Part shown: positions 1 to 13,675 of the stretch, in pieces
Numbering within the stretch: position 1 is the first letter of the stretch
How the letters are laid out: each line of letters starts with the position of its first letter
DNA from: Octopus sinensis
Taxonomy: Eukaryota
Assembly (NCBI RefSeq): GCF_006345805.1
Contig: NC_042997.1
Span: 123,008,001-123,072,000 of the forward strand
DNA: 64,000 nt
Direction of reading: 5' to 3'
Notes under the pieces: generated by a model
The model's input: the letters and a program-made list of their open reading frames with translations, nothing else
Told to the model about the DNA's origin: nothing
Databases searched by the model: none
Translations under genes and position numbers: made by a program

Positions 1-8
1 TACCGATT

Positions 9-172
9 AAATAATGCCAAAAAATAACATTGGCTCATAGTGTCGGCTTTCCGGTTTTCTTGGCGTATAGATCCCCCACCTGGATGGGACACCGGTCCGT
101 CGCAGGTGAGCTGCAAGATGCAGGAGGAAAGAGTGAGAGAAAGTTGTGGCGAAAGAGTCAGCAGAAGTTCGC
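9..172 (-). mobile_element. 3' portion of a tRNA-derived SINE
   Basis: Positions 9-105 align by eye with the reverse complement of the 3' end of the SINE at 18756-19022 (shared GGCTCAT..TTTCCGGTTT..TGGC.TAT..CTGGA..GGAC.CC.GTCC.TCGC). Extension to 172 is less certain. Confidence 0.55.
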
Positions 173-3100
173 TTTTACCTTCTATATTGTTGTGCATGAA
201 TGTGGTCAGTGATAACAATACATTTGTTAAAACACGTTTTCATGGCCAGACTTTCTATCTAACAGATAATCCTTCTTAGATTTACAATTACATTTATGCT
301 CATATTAGGTGAAATGTATGTAGCTGATTGAGAAAATAAGGGTTGGAGAAACTGCTTCTAGGATGTCATTAAGGTGTTATGAGTTCAGGTATCACCAAAA
401 ATTACTGTGAAGGTCTAATTCAAAAAATATAGTACTAGTCAGATAGTTAGGGCTGTATGAATTGCTCTGCTCACGTCGTTTTAATTCAGTCTGTTAATCT
501 TTTTCTTTTTGAAAATAAAAGATGAGTGCCTAAGTTGGGTATGCAGAAAGCTCCTAAATTGCCCAATGCCGTTGTATATATTTCATTGGCGCCCACGCAA
601 CTCCATAAAGATTTAAAGGCACAAAAATATTTATATTACGCATACATGCATTCATAAGTGGATACACACACACACATGCATAAACGTTCCTGAAGTTTAT
701 CATTTAAGTATATATGAGCAGGTCTAATATGCAATCATATGCATGAGAATACGTACATGCATAAAACAAAACATACAATTCTGCATATATACATACAAAA
801 ATAGGATATAGGTTAGAAACCGACTATTTCTGTATCGGTAAGAAATCTTGAAATAATACTGAATGAAGACATACATACATACATTCATAAATACATGTTT
901 TGACGTAATGGTGAGAATTGAAATGTGTAAATTATTATGCGCTTCCAACTGCTTAGATATTGCCCACATCGTCACATTCTCCTCATCACAGTAATTCTTA
1001 AGATGGAATGACAAATAATGTCACCATAATGAGAAATCTCTACATCATTCTACTATTGTGATAAACATTTACACAATATGAGACCCACTCTTTGAGTCTA
1101 TCTCATTTTTTTCTAGTGAGTGGCCGAGGCAAAATGACCTGCAACGAATTGAAACCGTTGGTTTTAAAACAGAGCGTCCCTATCCTAGACGGATGCTGTA
1201 ACAACAGCTAGGTGTCCTTCATCCTCAGACATTTGCACACCAAGAAAAGAACCAAATATGTTTCTGTATCCTAACGCTCAGATAGAATGTCATCACATAT
1301 GCCCATTAACTCGGAACAGGGATCCTCACTGGTACTGCTAATCCAGGAAAAAAAAGTGGCTAACAGATTGTTCCTTAAAACCCCTAGAAGTCCCGAACTG
1401 GAGCTACCAGCATGAAGCAGTTTAATGTCATAACCAGGACGATGCACATACATATTTCCATTCATACGCGCAAGCACACCAGAATTAACACGGTAGCTCA
1501 CACGCGCATGCATGCAATTACATACATATTAATTATAAAAAAGCTAATAGAAATTCTATCAACAAACTGACATGACCTATAAGTATAGCAAATAGAAGGA
1601 GTGAGGTTTTGTTTGGTTTAGACAATTAATCTATCAGAAAATATAATACTGTTATAAACCATACATTATTACAAATTTCAAAACATCGTACATAAACGTA
1701 TTTATATATTTAGCAGTATTTTGTGTATCTTGTATATTGATGCTCCTCTATCGCATAACGTAGCCTCGATACATCAAAAACATAACATCTATACGTATAT
1801 AGAAAAACGAAAGACACAAATAGAATACAAAATAGGCATAAAGAATGTTTCTTCATCGGTTGTTGGCTCTTTCTTTAGTCTGATATTTCGAGCATTTAAC
1901 AACAATATACGCTTTCGATAAAACAGTTGCTTCCACAAAGCAAACCAAATAATATTTGGGATTTTGCAGTGGGTCAAAATAGGTAACACAAGCAGGACAG
2001 TGAAAACAACCAGGAAGAGTTGCTAAGCTTAAACAAGGTCGTGGTGGCGAACTCGTAAATCAAGCTAGGACAGGAGACAAACAAGAACACGTCTACATTG
2101 TTCTAGCTATAACGGAGAGAAAGAAAGAAAGATTGCCGATGGTCACGTAGGCGCCATGCGAGCAAGGAAGGAGGAGTGAGGGACAGAGGGTGACAGAGCA
2201 ATAGGATAGAATAGTGGGAGGAGTTATAAAAACAAAAGAGAGAAAAACGAAAGAGTAAAAAGATAGTATAGAGTGAGTATCATATAGTTAGATAGAGAGA
2301 CAGATATGTATGTATGTGTGTTTTGTGTGTGAATGTTGTATGTGTGTTTGTGATTAAGCATCTGATCGAAAATATGTCAAGAACAAGAGATTTTTGTTTT
2401 TCGGGGATAAGGGATTGCTGTCAAGACCTTTCCCAGGTCATCTTAACAGCAGAGGCTTCCATGCCGAATCGATATGGTGGATGTTTACAACCATTAGGAT
2501 AAGAGGAAAAGAACTAACGTGTGTGCAAGATAGAAGAAACTGCAAAAAGAGTCTCTTGTTTGTTATGGAGCAAGAAAAGAGCGAGAATGGAAGTGGAAAG
2601 CAGGGGAAGATTTTGAGCAGTGATGAGACCACCTTTGCTGACCCACCAATGGTAAGATGATACGAGTCAGAATCAAAACAACTGGTCATCGTTGAATAAT
2701 TTTTGATGGCATCAATTAATCCTGGTTAAATCTCCGTCCCCTTGATGAATGAAAACGAAACATTTCGTTTTAAGTGTTATTGATAGTATCCATCTTCACA
2801 GATGTGCGTTTGTTTACGCTTGTAATTATCCCCCATCTGCCATGCCTATTGACCACTGTGTTGCTTTGTTTACATCCTCATAACTTAGTAGTGTTATATA
2901 AGAATCGCTTTGAAAAAATAAATATTAGGGTCGATAGTTCGAGTAAACAGCATTCAAGTTGGATCCTCAGCATAACTTCCAGAGATCCTACAGCCCCTGA
3001 TCTAGTCTGTGAAGTTTTTGGCAGTAGATATATGTCTGGCGCAGGCTTAATAAGCCACCATAGATATCATGTAGTAATAAATGTTACAGATTAGAACGAT

Positions 3101-3214
3101 TTTCATGCCGGGGCCAAACTCACTTGCACTCTCTAGCGGAAAACGGGTATAAATTGCACATGTTTATCTCGGTACTTAAGTAAACTCAGAGAAAAATCAT
3201 CAGAATGATCTGGA

Positions 3215-3345
3215 ATACTATTTTACTCTTTACTCTTTTACTTGTTTCAGTCATTTGACTGCGGCCATGCTGGAGCACCGCCTTTAGTCGAGCAAATCGA
3301 CCCCGGGACTTATTCTTTGTAAGCCCAGTACTTATTCTATCGGTC
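3215..3345 (-). mobile_element. 5'-truncated 3' fragment of the SINE family seen at 42952 and 61805
   Basis: Close match to 61805-61920 (GACCGATAGAATAAGTACT..GGTCGATTTGCTCGACTAAAGGC..GTGCTCCAGCATGGC..CAGTCAAAT..GAAACAAGTAAAA on the minus strand), followed by an (AGAGTAA)n-like tail. Confidence 0.85.
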
Positions 3346-3358
3346 AACATTGTCAATG

Positions 3359-3429
3359 TGCATCGGCCGGGAATCGAACCCGGGCCGCCCGCGTGGCAGG
3401 CGAGCATTCTACCACTGAACCACCGATGC
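3359..3429 (-). tRNA. tRNA-Gly(GCC): tRNA-Gly (anticodon GCC), intact 71 nt
   Basis: Minus strand reads GCATCGGTGGTTCAGTGGTAGAATGCTCGCCTGCCACGCGGGCGGCCCGGGTTCGATTCCCGGCCGATGCA: canonical eukaryotic tRNA-Gly with acceptor stem GCATCGG/CCGATGC, A box, B box (GGTTCGATTCC) and GCC anticodon. Confidence 0.97.
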
Positions 3430-3612
3430 AATACTCAAACAGTCAAAAAAATTCATAAAATATCTCGAACCTACAACAAGTTCTGTAGGTCACTGGCAGG
3501 ATTCCAGAGCCATTGTCGTTCTCACAACAGATAATAGTGTGGTACAGTCTATTTAGTCAGTTATGGCTATATACGTTTGAGTCGACAGCTAACGGAAGCC
3601 ATCAACAGTTAT

Positions 3613-3820
<208 letters not shown>

Positions 3821-4589
3821 TTAGTAAGAGTAAGCAATCGCGATAAACGTGTTTTATATCTATATTGCGTTTGTATCATATTTACATTGACTTTTGAAAT
3901 GAATGACTTATTTCGTTAGTGTGATTCTAGTAGTACATAAAAAAAAGGACTTTTTGACATTTAAACTAGTGTTACCTCGCAAAACCACTGGGATATAGGA
4001 CAATATAAATAAACCTTATATTATCAATTTCTTTGTCAATTACGCATTCTCCCTTTAGATGCCGTCTAACATTGAAATAGTTGAGATGGAACGTTAGTAA
4101 ATAATCGATTGACTTACTATCACTTGATAAACTTTTGGTCAAATAATTATAAGGGAAATGAATAAAAGTCTAACAAAAGTTATTAAATAGAAGTGAATAA
4201 AATTAAATTCAGTATAAGATTTGGTTTCAAGATTACCTTTCAAACACTTCAAAACGATATTGATTTTGGCTGATTTTTATAAAGACGATTATATCTGAAT
4301 AGCTTTCCATATAATATAATATGTGTGAATATATTCGTGAGTGAAAACACCGATGTGCAATCATTAATTTACCAAATACAAAACAGAAACGCTACATTAG
4401 CATTTCCTTCAGACTCTAGCATGCTCGATACGTTAATGAACATCACAACCTCTTTTCACATTTTCTCAAAACACAGCATCTTTTCAATAGATTTGAAAGC
4501 GAATTAGTGGCTGTGTTAGGGAAAAAAATGTGAAATCGAGCTTCAAATGAAGTCGCTGATTATAACGGATTGTAATTGAAATACAAGGC

Positions 4590-4705
4590 CAGAACTGTTG
4601 ACGTGAAAGGGTAATCAAAGCCATAGATCATAATATTAATAGGTACTTTATTTTTTCGACCCTATAAACGTGAAAGCACTGTTAACCTTGGCTGGACTAG
4701 AAGCG
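4590..4705 (-). mobile_element. Degenerate SINE 3' fragment
   Basis: GGTACTTTATTTTTTCGACCCTATAAACGTGAAAG..GTTAACCTTGGC resembles the segment at 11260-11320 and the reverse complement of 53259-53320. Confidence 0.35.
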
Positions 4706-5520
4706 AGATCGTAACTAATCAGATGACGTATCATATGACAGTCTTTTCGCGGTTTTAACGACTCTATCACCTCTTCACCCTTTCTGCATTTGCTCTTCCT
4801 TTTCGTTTAAAACCTACTAGTCATAATCTTATAGTGATTTCTAATAAAGTGTATTGACCCATTCATTAAATTTCTTTCCTTTCAAATAGTGATTTCTTTA
4901 CGCTTATTTAAAGAAGATGAATATAAGCTACATTATGCATATGTCATTGTTATGTCGAACGTTCGGATGACCTCTACTCAACTCCTCGACGTCTAAACTT
5001 TTCTATATCTACGTACTGGGCTAGCCTACTTCATCGTCGGGGGCGTCGACACAAAAGTCATTGAAGGCAAAACATCTTTCAGTATCATCAATACTTGATT
5101 CAATATAAACTACGGAGAATATTTTTTCTTTATATTGTTTCTCCTTTGTGTCTTCAACTCAGATAAATTAGAAGAGTCCGATACACTAAGGGAAATATCA
5201 ATGAATTCCGTACAAACAAATAACTGTCCGTAAATTGAATCAACATGCAGGGACCACAGATAGACTCACTTGATTAGTTATCCCAATGTCTGTGGACTAC
5301 AGATGTGGAAGCTATTCATTGTAGCAAACGTAACAGAGTGACCGAGAGTCGCAACGAAAATTCGCCTTCTTGAGTTTGCAAGAAGCTAAATTCATATCGT
5401 CACATTTATAAATTTCTTCTGCAAGATTTCACCTGAAGAGAAATCGTGTGTTGAAATCAAATAGTGTTATATTTCGGAACGGCCATTTTTTTTCTTGCCA
5501 AATAAACACACGCATTATAA

Positions 5521-5551
<31 letters not shown>

Positions 5552-7689
5552 CGCATTCATTATTCACTCGTTTATTAATGTTATTTTATTTTATATCCAG
5601 TAGGGGAAAATATCTCGTCACACATCTCTGACCTCTTCACCAACAGAAGGTGGCACATAGGATGGAGGAATAACGGAAGAGGTCACAGATGTGCTACGAA
5701 AGATTTCCAGACAATGAGTATAAGATAAAATAAAAGAATCTTAAAATAAGAATGAATATATAGTTCGTGTGTATTTTGGACCAAAAAGAAAATAATTACC
5801 ATTCCGAAATACAACAGTAAATTCATATCCCGAATCATGAGATAAAAATTACCTCACGCTATTTTACTGCGACAAAACAATATTACTTAGAGAAATCGTT
5901 GTGTTACGCAAGTGACATTATCTGTATACATGAAGAAAGACGTTAAACTAGCAACTAGCCAAGGCAATACAAATGGTTTGATGCTATAATCTCTGGAAAT
6001 TTGAAGTGAATATAAAATTTTCTATTATTTTAGATAATAAATTTGATAAGCAGACATCTGCTACTGATAATCACGAACACTAATACAACTTGTGTACGGG
6101 TGAATCGTCGACTACTAATCCAATTAAGCCATCGAAGTTGTTTAGTGAAATGGATAAGATTTAGGCGCTTAGGTAGATGAAAAACAAAACCTTTCAAAGA
6201 AGTAATGAACTCGAGAGATTCAACAAACATCGAAAGTGAGTATATATGCATGTGTGCTTGTGTCTTTATATTTGTGTATATGTATGTGTATGTGCGTATA
6301 AGTATATATATAAATGTATTTATATCAAATGAATGAATTTACAGCAAGACATATCACCAATAATGCTATGAAGGTGTTCACTGCGTAATCTCCATAAATA
6401 TCCGTATACTGACATAACAGGAAAACTGTGTACTGTTATTAAGATTTTACGTTCAAGAGGGCTGAAAAGAGATTCAATAATATAGGATTGTTGTAGTCCT
6501 TTATGTATGTGACAGACAAGATGCATTTTCAAATCCGCTTTAGTTTCTCAGCTTTATCGATACAACATCAATATACAAAGTAAAGGGAAATGTATGTATT
6601 AAAACTGCCGGTTTGAATGGTTGGTTTTAAGGCGATAAATTTTCGAGCTTCAAAATAATTAAATTCGTAGTAGTGACGTTACAAAATGGATGTTGTGAGA
6701 GATGCAGAGTAGCTTACTCTGTGTGATAGCCATTCTTCTTTGATTCAATATTGATAGTAAGAGAAGCTAACGATGAGATAAGAGTAATGTATTTCGTGTC
6801 GATAATATTCTAAACATTCATACTTCACGTTGTTTATTTCTCGAATAAAACTTGATTTCATGTATATGGTGTTTTTGATATTATATTTTAGTGGTTTATT
6901 TAATTTGAGAACATTACGCTTTATGCTGCAATATACCAAGTTGACTATTTGTGTGTTGAATGTTATTTTTGTGTTCTGGTTTCCTGTCCGTTCTGATAAT
7001 ACTTCAATTGTTCCACTGAACAGTATGAGTTTTCTTTTTGATTCCCATTTGTGTTTTTAAATTTTACTAAAATGGAGCTTTGAAGAGAAATTTATGCGGA
7101 AGGAGCAGATAACTGACTCTTTTGTTCTGCTCTCTTTTCATCTTGTTTGTCTTTCTAACTGGTTGATAATTTTAAATTATTAACGTTTTTAATGTGTCAC
7201 GTGCAATATAATAAGCAGACCGCTTTAACACATTAAAGTGATATTCTCTTTCTTTCATTAGTTATATAGATTATAGATAGTATTTGGTTAAGAGAATACT
7301 GCACTTAGATATCATGGTTATTTATGGTTATTTATGTTACTGGTTCAAAGTATATCGATCTCAGTAAAACAAAAGAATAAAAGAATAAAAAAAGGAAGTC
7401 AGATTAAATGTATTTAACAACATAATCTCAGTTTGCCTCTACTGTATTTTTAATTAATAATGACTTTCAACTGGAGATATAAAACTTGTAATGGAAGATG
7501 AATGCGGCGGTTTGAAGTTCATATTAGTCATTTTCTTTTTTTCTTTTTTGCAAAATGTTATGGCAATATCTACACTAGTATACAATGAGCTGTACGCAGT
7601 TTTACTTCAGTATCCCTACCATGGTGACAGGAGAGCGTCGGGTAATATAAACAGGACACCTCGTTCCAAGAATGTTGCTATTTTCATTT

Positions 7690-8650
7690 TCTCACAGACC
7701 TCTCTCTCAACAACACTCCACATGCAATAGTCCATTGGAATGAGATCAGGGGAATTAAGAGGCCAAATGTTAGGGATTATGTGATCATGAACATTTTCAG
7801 CCATCCATTACTGTGTTATTAGAAAGATGTGTGGTAGTGCAGTTTCTTCTTTAAACACACGTGGCCTTCCATTGCATACACTGTCTATCCAGGGCTTAGC
7901 AATTATTTCCAGGGCATTATTGTAGGCGGCAGAATTCTGAAACCTTAAGGAAAGAAGTAAGGAGGCATCACATGTCCTTCATCGTTGACAACCACTAAAA
8001 CAGTGACAGTTGCCGGAAATTTTGTATGCATATTACTTAAAACATCAGAAGGGTCTGCATATAACCATCTGTTATTTCTTCTGTTAACATTTTGATCTTG
8101 GTCGAAGTTCTTCTCGTTTAAGAATAAACAAATCAAATCTTCTGCTGTGTCTTTCAGTTTGTTTAAGAGTCTTTTAGATCTGATGTAGTGATATTCTTTT
8201 ACTTTTTATGACAAATTGACCTTTCCTCATCTTATAAGACTTATGTCTTTGTGGACAACATTTCTGATTGTTCCTTCTGACAGATGGAAATCTTTTGCAA
8301 CTGACCCCGTGGACTTTGTGGGATTGTTATCGATGGTCTTTTGAACTTGTTGGATAACTTCAGGTATTATGATTTCAGAGCGTTTACAATACAGTTTATC
8401 CTTTGATACTGGTGATACACTTTCATCGTCAGTCTATCTCCTTACAAATTTTGCAGAAGAAAGATCTGGTGACTTTTAAAAAGTCGAGATATACTCAACC
8501 TTCATAACCGCAATAACAGCATATCTCTTCATTTCTTGAGTAAGCTGAGGGTCTGCAATTATTATTTTCTGAAACAAAGATTATACTGCGTTAGGAAAAA
8601 TGCAGGAATGACCGAAAAATGGTATGTCCTCAAATGCCTTAAGCACTCAG
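7690..8650 (-). mobile_element. Tc1/mariner (maT/DD37D-like) transposon remnant with decayed transposase
   Basis: Minus-strand peptides RRNNRWL..MHTKFPATVTVLVVVNDEGHVMPPYFF and WPLNSPDLIPMDYCMWSVVEREV. The terminal sequence TGTCCTCAAATGCCTTAAGCACTCAG|TA (about 8625-8652) matches the reverse complement of the terminus at 63456. The left end was not located. Confidence 0.85.
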
Positions 8651-8767
8651 TATAACTGCAATTTGTCAACAAAATAATACCTTTACATATTTATGAAGTT
8701 TTTATCCCCTTGTAGCAAGCATGTTATGAATTTTTTAGTCATATAATTTACACAGGAACATATAGTA

Positions 8768-8814
<47 letters not shown>

Positions 8815-10752
8815 TACATATATATTGCTGTAAGGAAGCACAATCTTAAAATTATAGCATAGTCTAATTATTCTAATCAATAAATTGACAGTGTTTTATA
8901 TAACAGGAGAATGAAAGTATATGATTATTCCTCAAGCTATATCCTACCCTGATTTTGCAGCTAACTCGAGCAGATCAGATATTAGTGGGAAGAATGATGA
9001 AGCAGAAAATGATGGTTCAGAGGTAAAGAGGGAGCTTTTGAATAAAATGTAAAGTTGAAAGCAAAGAACAATTCCACAGGGTGTACAGAATTTTCCTTTA
9101 GTTGCTGCAGAGAAAAGAGATTCATACTACCTTAGCCTTTGTTCTAATGAAACGCCAAATTCCATGGTAACCTGTAAGCCCATTCGATATAACTGCGGCG
9201 AGATATAATGTTGCAAGTTGTCGATCTCATTGTGGTATTTACTCTAAAAATGATATTGGATGTCCCTGTAGCGGAATGTATGTGTAACATTTTAAAGAAA
9301 TGCTAAGTTCATTTTTATATAAGGCAAACATTTTCTGTTTCTCTTCCCGACACACAAATGGGCAAAACTGTTATGCTATAACACAAGATACATACTAAAA
9401 TTTATCACAGGACTCCATATATAATTCAGCTGTAAGCATTATACTTTATCATAAAATGCTTGTTTAAAATTTAGTGTAATGCAGGTAATATACTATACTT
9501 TATTGTATCTAACTAGTTTATTATATGAAACTAAGTTTCAATGCAATAACATTGAAAATAGATGCTTATCCAGTAGTAATGACAATATCTCTTTTGCTTC
9601 ATAAATATTTTCATAAAGTTTCCACCGGGAAAAATTATTTCGCTGTGTTTGAATTAAATGCAAGTACAAAATTTCTCAACACAATTGTACTTGAATTGCA
9701 GTGGTTTGTCAAATCGTGCTGAAATATTAAATGTTTTTTTTTAATAATCTAATTTCATGAGTATATATTAATACTTAAAATCTAACTCATGGTTAACCTT
9801 CCATAACATGCTTAACATATATAACCGTACTATTTCAACAATGTTTAACTGCACAAAAATATCTACCGATGGAAAATCGGGTAATTTTGATGATGAAGCA
9901 GTTCAAGATAAATTTTACTCTATGTAGCAATCACTCTGTTTAGCCTGTTTGTTATAATATTCAAATATGTCAACCACCTTCAGTATTTTCACAAAGGAAG
10001 CGTGTATATTTGAGGATGCATATTATTATTGTTTAGCAGTTTTTTTTCCCATTAGAGTTATGGAAATGAATTATACAGGTGTGTCAGTGGAAATCATATT
10101 TAAGCTAGAAATATGTCGTACTTATACGAAAATAACCACAATGTGATTGAAAAACCTTGTGAGTGCAACAAACTAAGCTAGTACTCACATTTATCTTCAT
10201 ACACATATATCCATGTACATGCACAAACAAAAAATAATAGAAGGCAATTTGCAGAACAATATTAGACTGCTGTCTAGTTGCACATTTCTTATCCAAACTA
10301 CACTTAACAAACTACTTAGACTATGAGGTGTTTTGTTCTCAATAACCAATTTTCAGTTTTCATATCTACAGCTTAGGGAGTACATGCACCATATACGTAT
10401 TTAAAAGGAATATATTTCAATTTCAATTACGTGTTTAACCTATATTAAAAAGTATTTAACCTATATTAAAACAGAAATTGCAACGCCGTTTAAAATGGAA
10501 CTGTTAGGTACGAAATAAATGACAAAAATGCATAATAATTATTTTTATTTCTATCATTATTTATTCATTTTGCAAATGATATAATTAGAAGTCGTAATCA
10601 ATTCCACTGTTTTCTCTACCAGTACAAATAATCGCGTTTTTTAAAGGGAATTCATTATATAAAACTTACATATTGGTATTATAACGTTTTCATGTTGAGT
10701 ACCCAAATAGTATCTTGAAAATAGTTGAGTGATTTTAAGTCATACAACGTTT

Positions 10753-10806
10753 ATTAGAAATGCTACAATATTAGAAATGCTACAATATTAGAAATGCTAC
10801 AATATT
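10753..10806. repeat. 17-bp tandem repeat x3 (ATTAGAAATGCTACAAT)
   Basis: Direct reading. Confidence 0.95.
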
Positions 10807-11194
10807 TAACAAGAAAGATATTATAAGGAAATCTGATTCACTAAATCGGTGCCAAAAATTTCAAAATATTTTATATTTTCACATGAAGTATATTTTGAGA
10901 GCCAGTTGCCTTTGTATCGTAACTCTATAACTTATAAGAATGATTAAAATAATTTATCTTAAAATTAGTGTGGTAACATCAGTATCAGAAGGTAATAAAT
11001 AGGAATAATTCTATTCACAATGTAAAACAAGACACAAATTTAAATTAAGAAATTCTTTTCTATGTCGAGTAATTTTTGATGGAAAAATTCCGCCATGTAA
11101 TATTTACAATATATTATTTAATATTATCGGGCGTCAGTGGTAATGTTTTAAGAAATATTTGCAGTAAATCATTAATATACAGATTTCAAATTTT

Positions 11195-11395
11195 GGAACA
11201 AGGCCAACAGGTTCGGTTTAGGGCGCTAGTCGATATCATCGACTCCAGCGCTCATCTGATACTTATTTTATTTATCCAGAAAGGATGAAATTCAAAGTCG
11301 ACTCCGGCGAAATTTGAACTCAGAATTTAAAGACGGACGAAATGCCGCTAAGCATGTTGTCCGGCGTGCTAACTATTTTGTCAGCTCCCCATCTC
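11195..11395 (-). mobile_element. SINE fragment
   Basis: GAAAGGATGAAATTCAAAGTCGAC and flanks are the reverse complement of the SINE segment at 53259-53375 (GTCGACTTTGCATTTCATCCTTTC); a tRNA-like head remnant follows (GAATTTAAAGACGGACGAAATGCCGCTAAGCAT). Confidence 0.65.
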
Positions 11396-12377
11396 CATAT
11401 TATTAATATATTTTAACGATATGTCATGAAGCAAATTTAGCGGTCCTTCAAACGGTAATTTCCTACAGCGAATGAAAATTTTAAGATGAATGTCAAATGA
11501 AGTACATATGTTAACACTCTTCAGTAGCATATGGACAACTACACTAAGTATATTCGCATATAGCAACTCTACATACCAACTCACGACAAACAAAATAGTT
11601 GGTAGTCCAATGTGCTCGAAAATGAAACCAATTCCTTGAAATTGTAACCTACCAAATGCATTTGACAATTCCCGAACAAATAACGTGATCTACTCTGAAT
11701 TGTTTGAATATATAGCATCTCGATCAAGGTAGAATTCATATTAAACAACAGAATTCTATGGTATATGAACTGTTATGAATCATTTTCCTGCATCATTTTC
11801 TCTTATTTATCAACAGTCTCAATCTCGTTAGTAAAGCTTGAGACTTCTGACAGATGAGGAGGTTTATTTAATACAAATATAGCTAAATCATATTTAAAAA
11901 TTCATGTTTACCAAAATATTTCGGATTCATTTAGATATTAAGAGTTTGTCTACTATATTCAAAAAAATGAAGTAAATTCATTTTATAATTAAAATGAAGA
12001 CAAGTAGGTAATTATGCATACCTGCACTCGCAACTTTACCAAGCTTAGATGTTTTATAATAGGAAGCGTTGCGTGTTTTACGCGGTGTTTTAAACTGAAA
12101 GAATCTGTGAGCTTTGTGTTGTAAAGATGCCAGTAAAATCTGCAGCGTGTACTAAAAGAATATCTTGTTTTTTGCATAAAACATTTAACATTATTTAAAT
12201 ATATGGCATTGTTTTGATTGCAGACAACGAGGATTCTCACTTGTAATTCGCACTTGCAGCTATGTATCAGTAAAATGATTTGCTTTGGTGATAGCATAAG
12301 TTCGTATCATAATCTTCATTTAAAAAAGAGAAAAAATTCGTGCGAAATATAATTCCACTTCCGTGTAGCTTTCTCTT

Positions 12378-12409
12378 TTATATATGTATGTATGTATATA
12401 TATATATAT

Positions 12410-12489
<80 letters not shown>

Positions 12490-12578
12490 CATATATATAT
12501 ATATCTACATATATATATATATGCATACATATATATATGCATATATATATATATATATCTACATATATATATGCATAC

Positions 12579-12609
<31 letters not shown>

Positions 12610-12631
12610 TATATACATACATATATATACA

Positions 12632-12664
<33 letters not shown>

Positions 12665-12667
12665 GCA

Positions 12668-12700
<33 letters not shown>
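12378..12700. repeat. Long interrupted (TA)n microsatellite
   Basis: Direct reading; source of the poly-YI ORFs at 12320-12812. Confidence 0.97.
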
Positions 12701-12702
<2 letters not shown>

Positions 12703-13257
12703 GGGGGGTGAAAATGGAGAATTTTCATTATTTTTTCTCATTCATAAATATTTTAAATATGTATCTAATATATTTAGTTTTCACTGAACACTGTTCTCAA
12801 CCGAAAAGCTAGGATGCTAGCATTCCTTAAAGAATTATAGGTTCGAGACGCAACTATATGTACGCATGTAATCACGGACTCACATTTTTACATATATCTA
12901 TACCTATACGTTGTACACGGCCGTACACACAAGAGTTATGCTAAATGCTCATCTGAGCGTGAGAAATATTGATATATGCGTGTTTTAGGAAAAATTATAG
13001 AAGAAGCTTATATGTAGAATGAGAACGTTGGCATAATACATCAAGCTGGATAGACTATGAGTAATGAGTAAGAAGTATAACTCATGTTTGTGAAATAGTC
13101 TCTCATAAGGGGTCTATAAATCTAAGACATTAAGATTTAGGCTTACGATGGTTTCCAATAAAAAGGCAGCTAATTATGATAACGATTTTCATCGCTATCA
13201 TTATTTTTTTAGAAGTTGAAAATACATCCTCGGTTACGAGGATGAAGGTCACAGCTA

Positions 13258-13537
13258 ATAAGATCAACGGAACAGCTTGCTCGAGAATTTAACGTGCAAG
13301 TGGCAGAGCACTTCACAGTCACGTGTATCCTTAACGTAGTTCTCAGGGAGCTTCAGCGTGACACAGAGTACGACAAGGCTAGTCCTTTGTAATACGGATC
13401 ATTTTTGCCAGCTTAGTGGACTGGAATCACGTAAAATAAAGTGTCTTGCTGAAGCACAGAACGCGTCACCTGGATTTGAACTCACGGCTGTACTCTCGTG
13501 AGATGGAAGCCCTAACCACAAAGCCACCTGTCTTCAC
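13258..13537 (-). mobile_element. tRNA-derived SINE sharing head and core with 18756-19022
   Basis: Reverse complement reads GTGAAGACAGGTGGCTTTGTGGTTAGGG..GAGTTCAAATCCAGGTGACGCGTTCTGTGCTTCAGCAAGACACTTTATTTTACGTG, matching the A box, B box and central domain of the 18756 SINE. Confidence 0.75.
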
Positions 13538-13631
13538 TAGATAAATATAGATATATAAGATATAGACAGATAGATACAGAGATATATATAGAGAGAGATA
13601 TAGTGAGATGGAGAGAGATAGAGAGGAAGGG

Positions 13632-13675
<44 letters not shown>

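Noticed and set aside
2394-2660. ORF with KILSSDETTF, reminiscent of the first-aspartate motif of Tc1 transposases
   Set aside because: Only one short motif; no convincing second motif or TIR nearby.
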